Shown: positions 62,734 to 64,000 of the stretch, piece after piece
How the letters are laid out: each line of letters starts with the position of its first letter
How positions within the stretch are numbered: the stretch's first letter is position 1
Notes under the pieces: model-generated
What the model was told of the DNA's origin: nothing
Databases searched by the model: none
What the model saw: the letters and a program-made list of their open reading frames with translations, nothing else
DNA from: Ramazzottius varieornatus
Lineage: Eukaryota; Animalia; Tardigrada
Reading direction: 5' to 3'
Length of the DNA stretch: 64,000 nucleotides
Assembly: GCA_001949185.1 (NCBI GenBank)
Contig: BDGG01000023.1
Span: 1 to 64,000 of the forward strand
Position numbers and translations under genes: made by a program

Positions 62734-64000
62734 ATGGAGCTAAGCTTCTGGTTATCCCTTCTTGGAATAGTCGGTTCGACTTGGGCGTATTCAGGTAGGT
62801 ACCTCAAGAAAATGCGCAAAGGTTCAACTTTGAAGCTTTTTCCTTTTCTGGTCCAGTGCAAAGAGATGCCGAAGGTCGACAATTCATGGGGAATAACAAT
62901 GGAATGATGTAAGGATCGCTGGTCAATATCCTGTGTCCCACTTGAGATCTCGAGGGGAATGAAAACTCTAACTAAGTTTACATCAGGTTATTGGATTTTC
63001 AGGAACAATAATAACAACAACCACTACCGCAACAATGGAATGAACGGAAATGGCGGCTACAACAATAACAACAACATGATGAATAACAATAACAACCATT
63101 ATGGAAATAACAACATGCACAACATGCACAACATGAACAACAACAATAACGGTGGATACAACGGGAACAACATGAACAACAACATGAACAACCACAACAA
63201 TGGTGGATATAACGGGAATAACATGAACAACAACATGAACATGAGGCCGAGTAACAGCAACGGTTATGCGAACGGAGGTAACGCTGGCGGGACCTACTAC
63301 AACGTGCCCACAGGCAACCAGACCACCAGGCCTGGAGGCACCACTGTCGCCTACGGGAACTACGGGAGCACTGCTGCTCCACCAGGTGTGACCACCACTC
63401 CAGGGTCAGGTACGAGACCGACTGTCTGCACACCGAACGGCAATGCAGCTGGAACCGCGAATGGTTTCTGTGTCAGCACTGCCAATTTGGACGCTCAGTG
63501 CACTCTGATCAACGGCAGAACTCCAGAAGTCGCCCAGTCCACGAACTGTGCTGCTTTCGACGGCAACTGGTGCTGCTACAGTAAGACTTACCCATTGCAG
63601 AAAACATATCCCTGAAGATCTGATACTTCATGAATCGACCAAAAATTTGCCACCATATCTAACCCGTCAATGTTTACAGTTCCCGTTGTTACATCCACGA
63701 CTCCAAGACCAGCCACAACCACCGCCGCACCTGGCGTGACTACAGCCGCACCTGGCGTGACGACAGCCGCACCTGGCGTGACGACAGCCGCACCTGGCGT
63801 GACGACAGCCGCACCTGGCGTGACGACAGCCGCACCTGGCGTGACGACAGCCGCACCTGGCGTGACGACAGCCGCACCTGGCGTGACGACAGCCGCCCCT
63901 GGCGTGACGACAACTGTTACCACTTCCGCTCCTGGTGTCACAACAGTCGCCACTCCAGCACCCGGTTTTACCACCACAGCTGCTCCGGCCACTACAACAA
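62734..64000 (+). CDS. secreted protein: signal peptide, Asn/Met/Gly-rich tract, clip-like six-Cys domain, Thr-rich repeat linker (likely clip-domain serine protease or homolog; continues beyond window)
   Basis: Exons 62734-62794, 62857-62908, 63003-63580 and 63680 to beyond 64000 join in frame. MELSFWLSLLGIVGSTWAYS signal; CTPNG..GFCVS..QCTL..NCAAFDGNWCCY has clip-type spacing. No protease domain is visible in the window. Confidence 0.8.
63724..63912 (+). repeat. coding minisatellite, 9 x 21 bp (AAPGVTT)
   Basis: gccgcacctggcgtgacgaca repeated 9 times, nearly perfect. Confidence 0.97.

Noticed and set aside
62983-63992. Minus-strand Cys-rich and Val-rich ORFs (62999-63433, 62983-63195, 63588-63992)
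   Set aside because: Antisense shadows of the Asn-rich and Thr-rich repeats; the + strand has the signal peptide and in-phase splice sites.
1-64000. tRNA, rRNA, snRNA/SL RNA genes, telomeric repeats and bacterial-like horizontally transferred genes
   Set aside because: None recognisable by eye; a tRNAscan-SE/Infernal run and a taxonomic BLAST would be needed to exclude them formally.

Overview
Eukaryotic (metazoan) genomic DNA with short GT-AG introns and about 45-48% GC. The divergent ionotropic and gustatory receptors, cyclase-less ANF-type receptor and NRF-type orphan GPCRs are most consistent with a compact ecdysozoan genome such as a tardigrade; that assignment is inference. The window is a transposon-rich region holding a sensory/receptor gene neighbourhood: a divergent ionotropic receptor, a gustatory-receptor pseudogene split by a foldback-like element, an MS4A/CD20-like tetraspan, three paralogous class-A GPCRs (one apparently intact), and an intact ANF-receptor-type protein with no kinase or cyclase domain. 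It also holds a GAD/CSAD-like decarboxylase pseudogene interrupted by a CRE-clade non-LTR retrotransposon, an SCL/TAL1 bHLH gene, and the 5' part of a secreted Asn-rich clip-domain protein. Other mobile DNA includes pogo and Tc4/Tc5-like transposase relics, a deleted Ngaro/DIRS-type retroelement, a two-gene PIF/Harbinger element with an internal deletion, and many hAT-like and TA-target MITEs, one nested in another. I found no tRNA, rRNA or CRISPR array. All assignments come from reading motifs by eye; no database searches were run.
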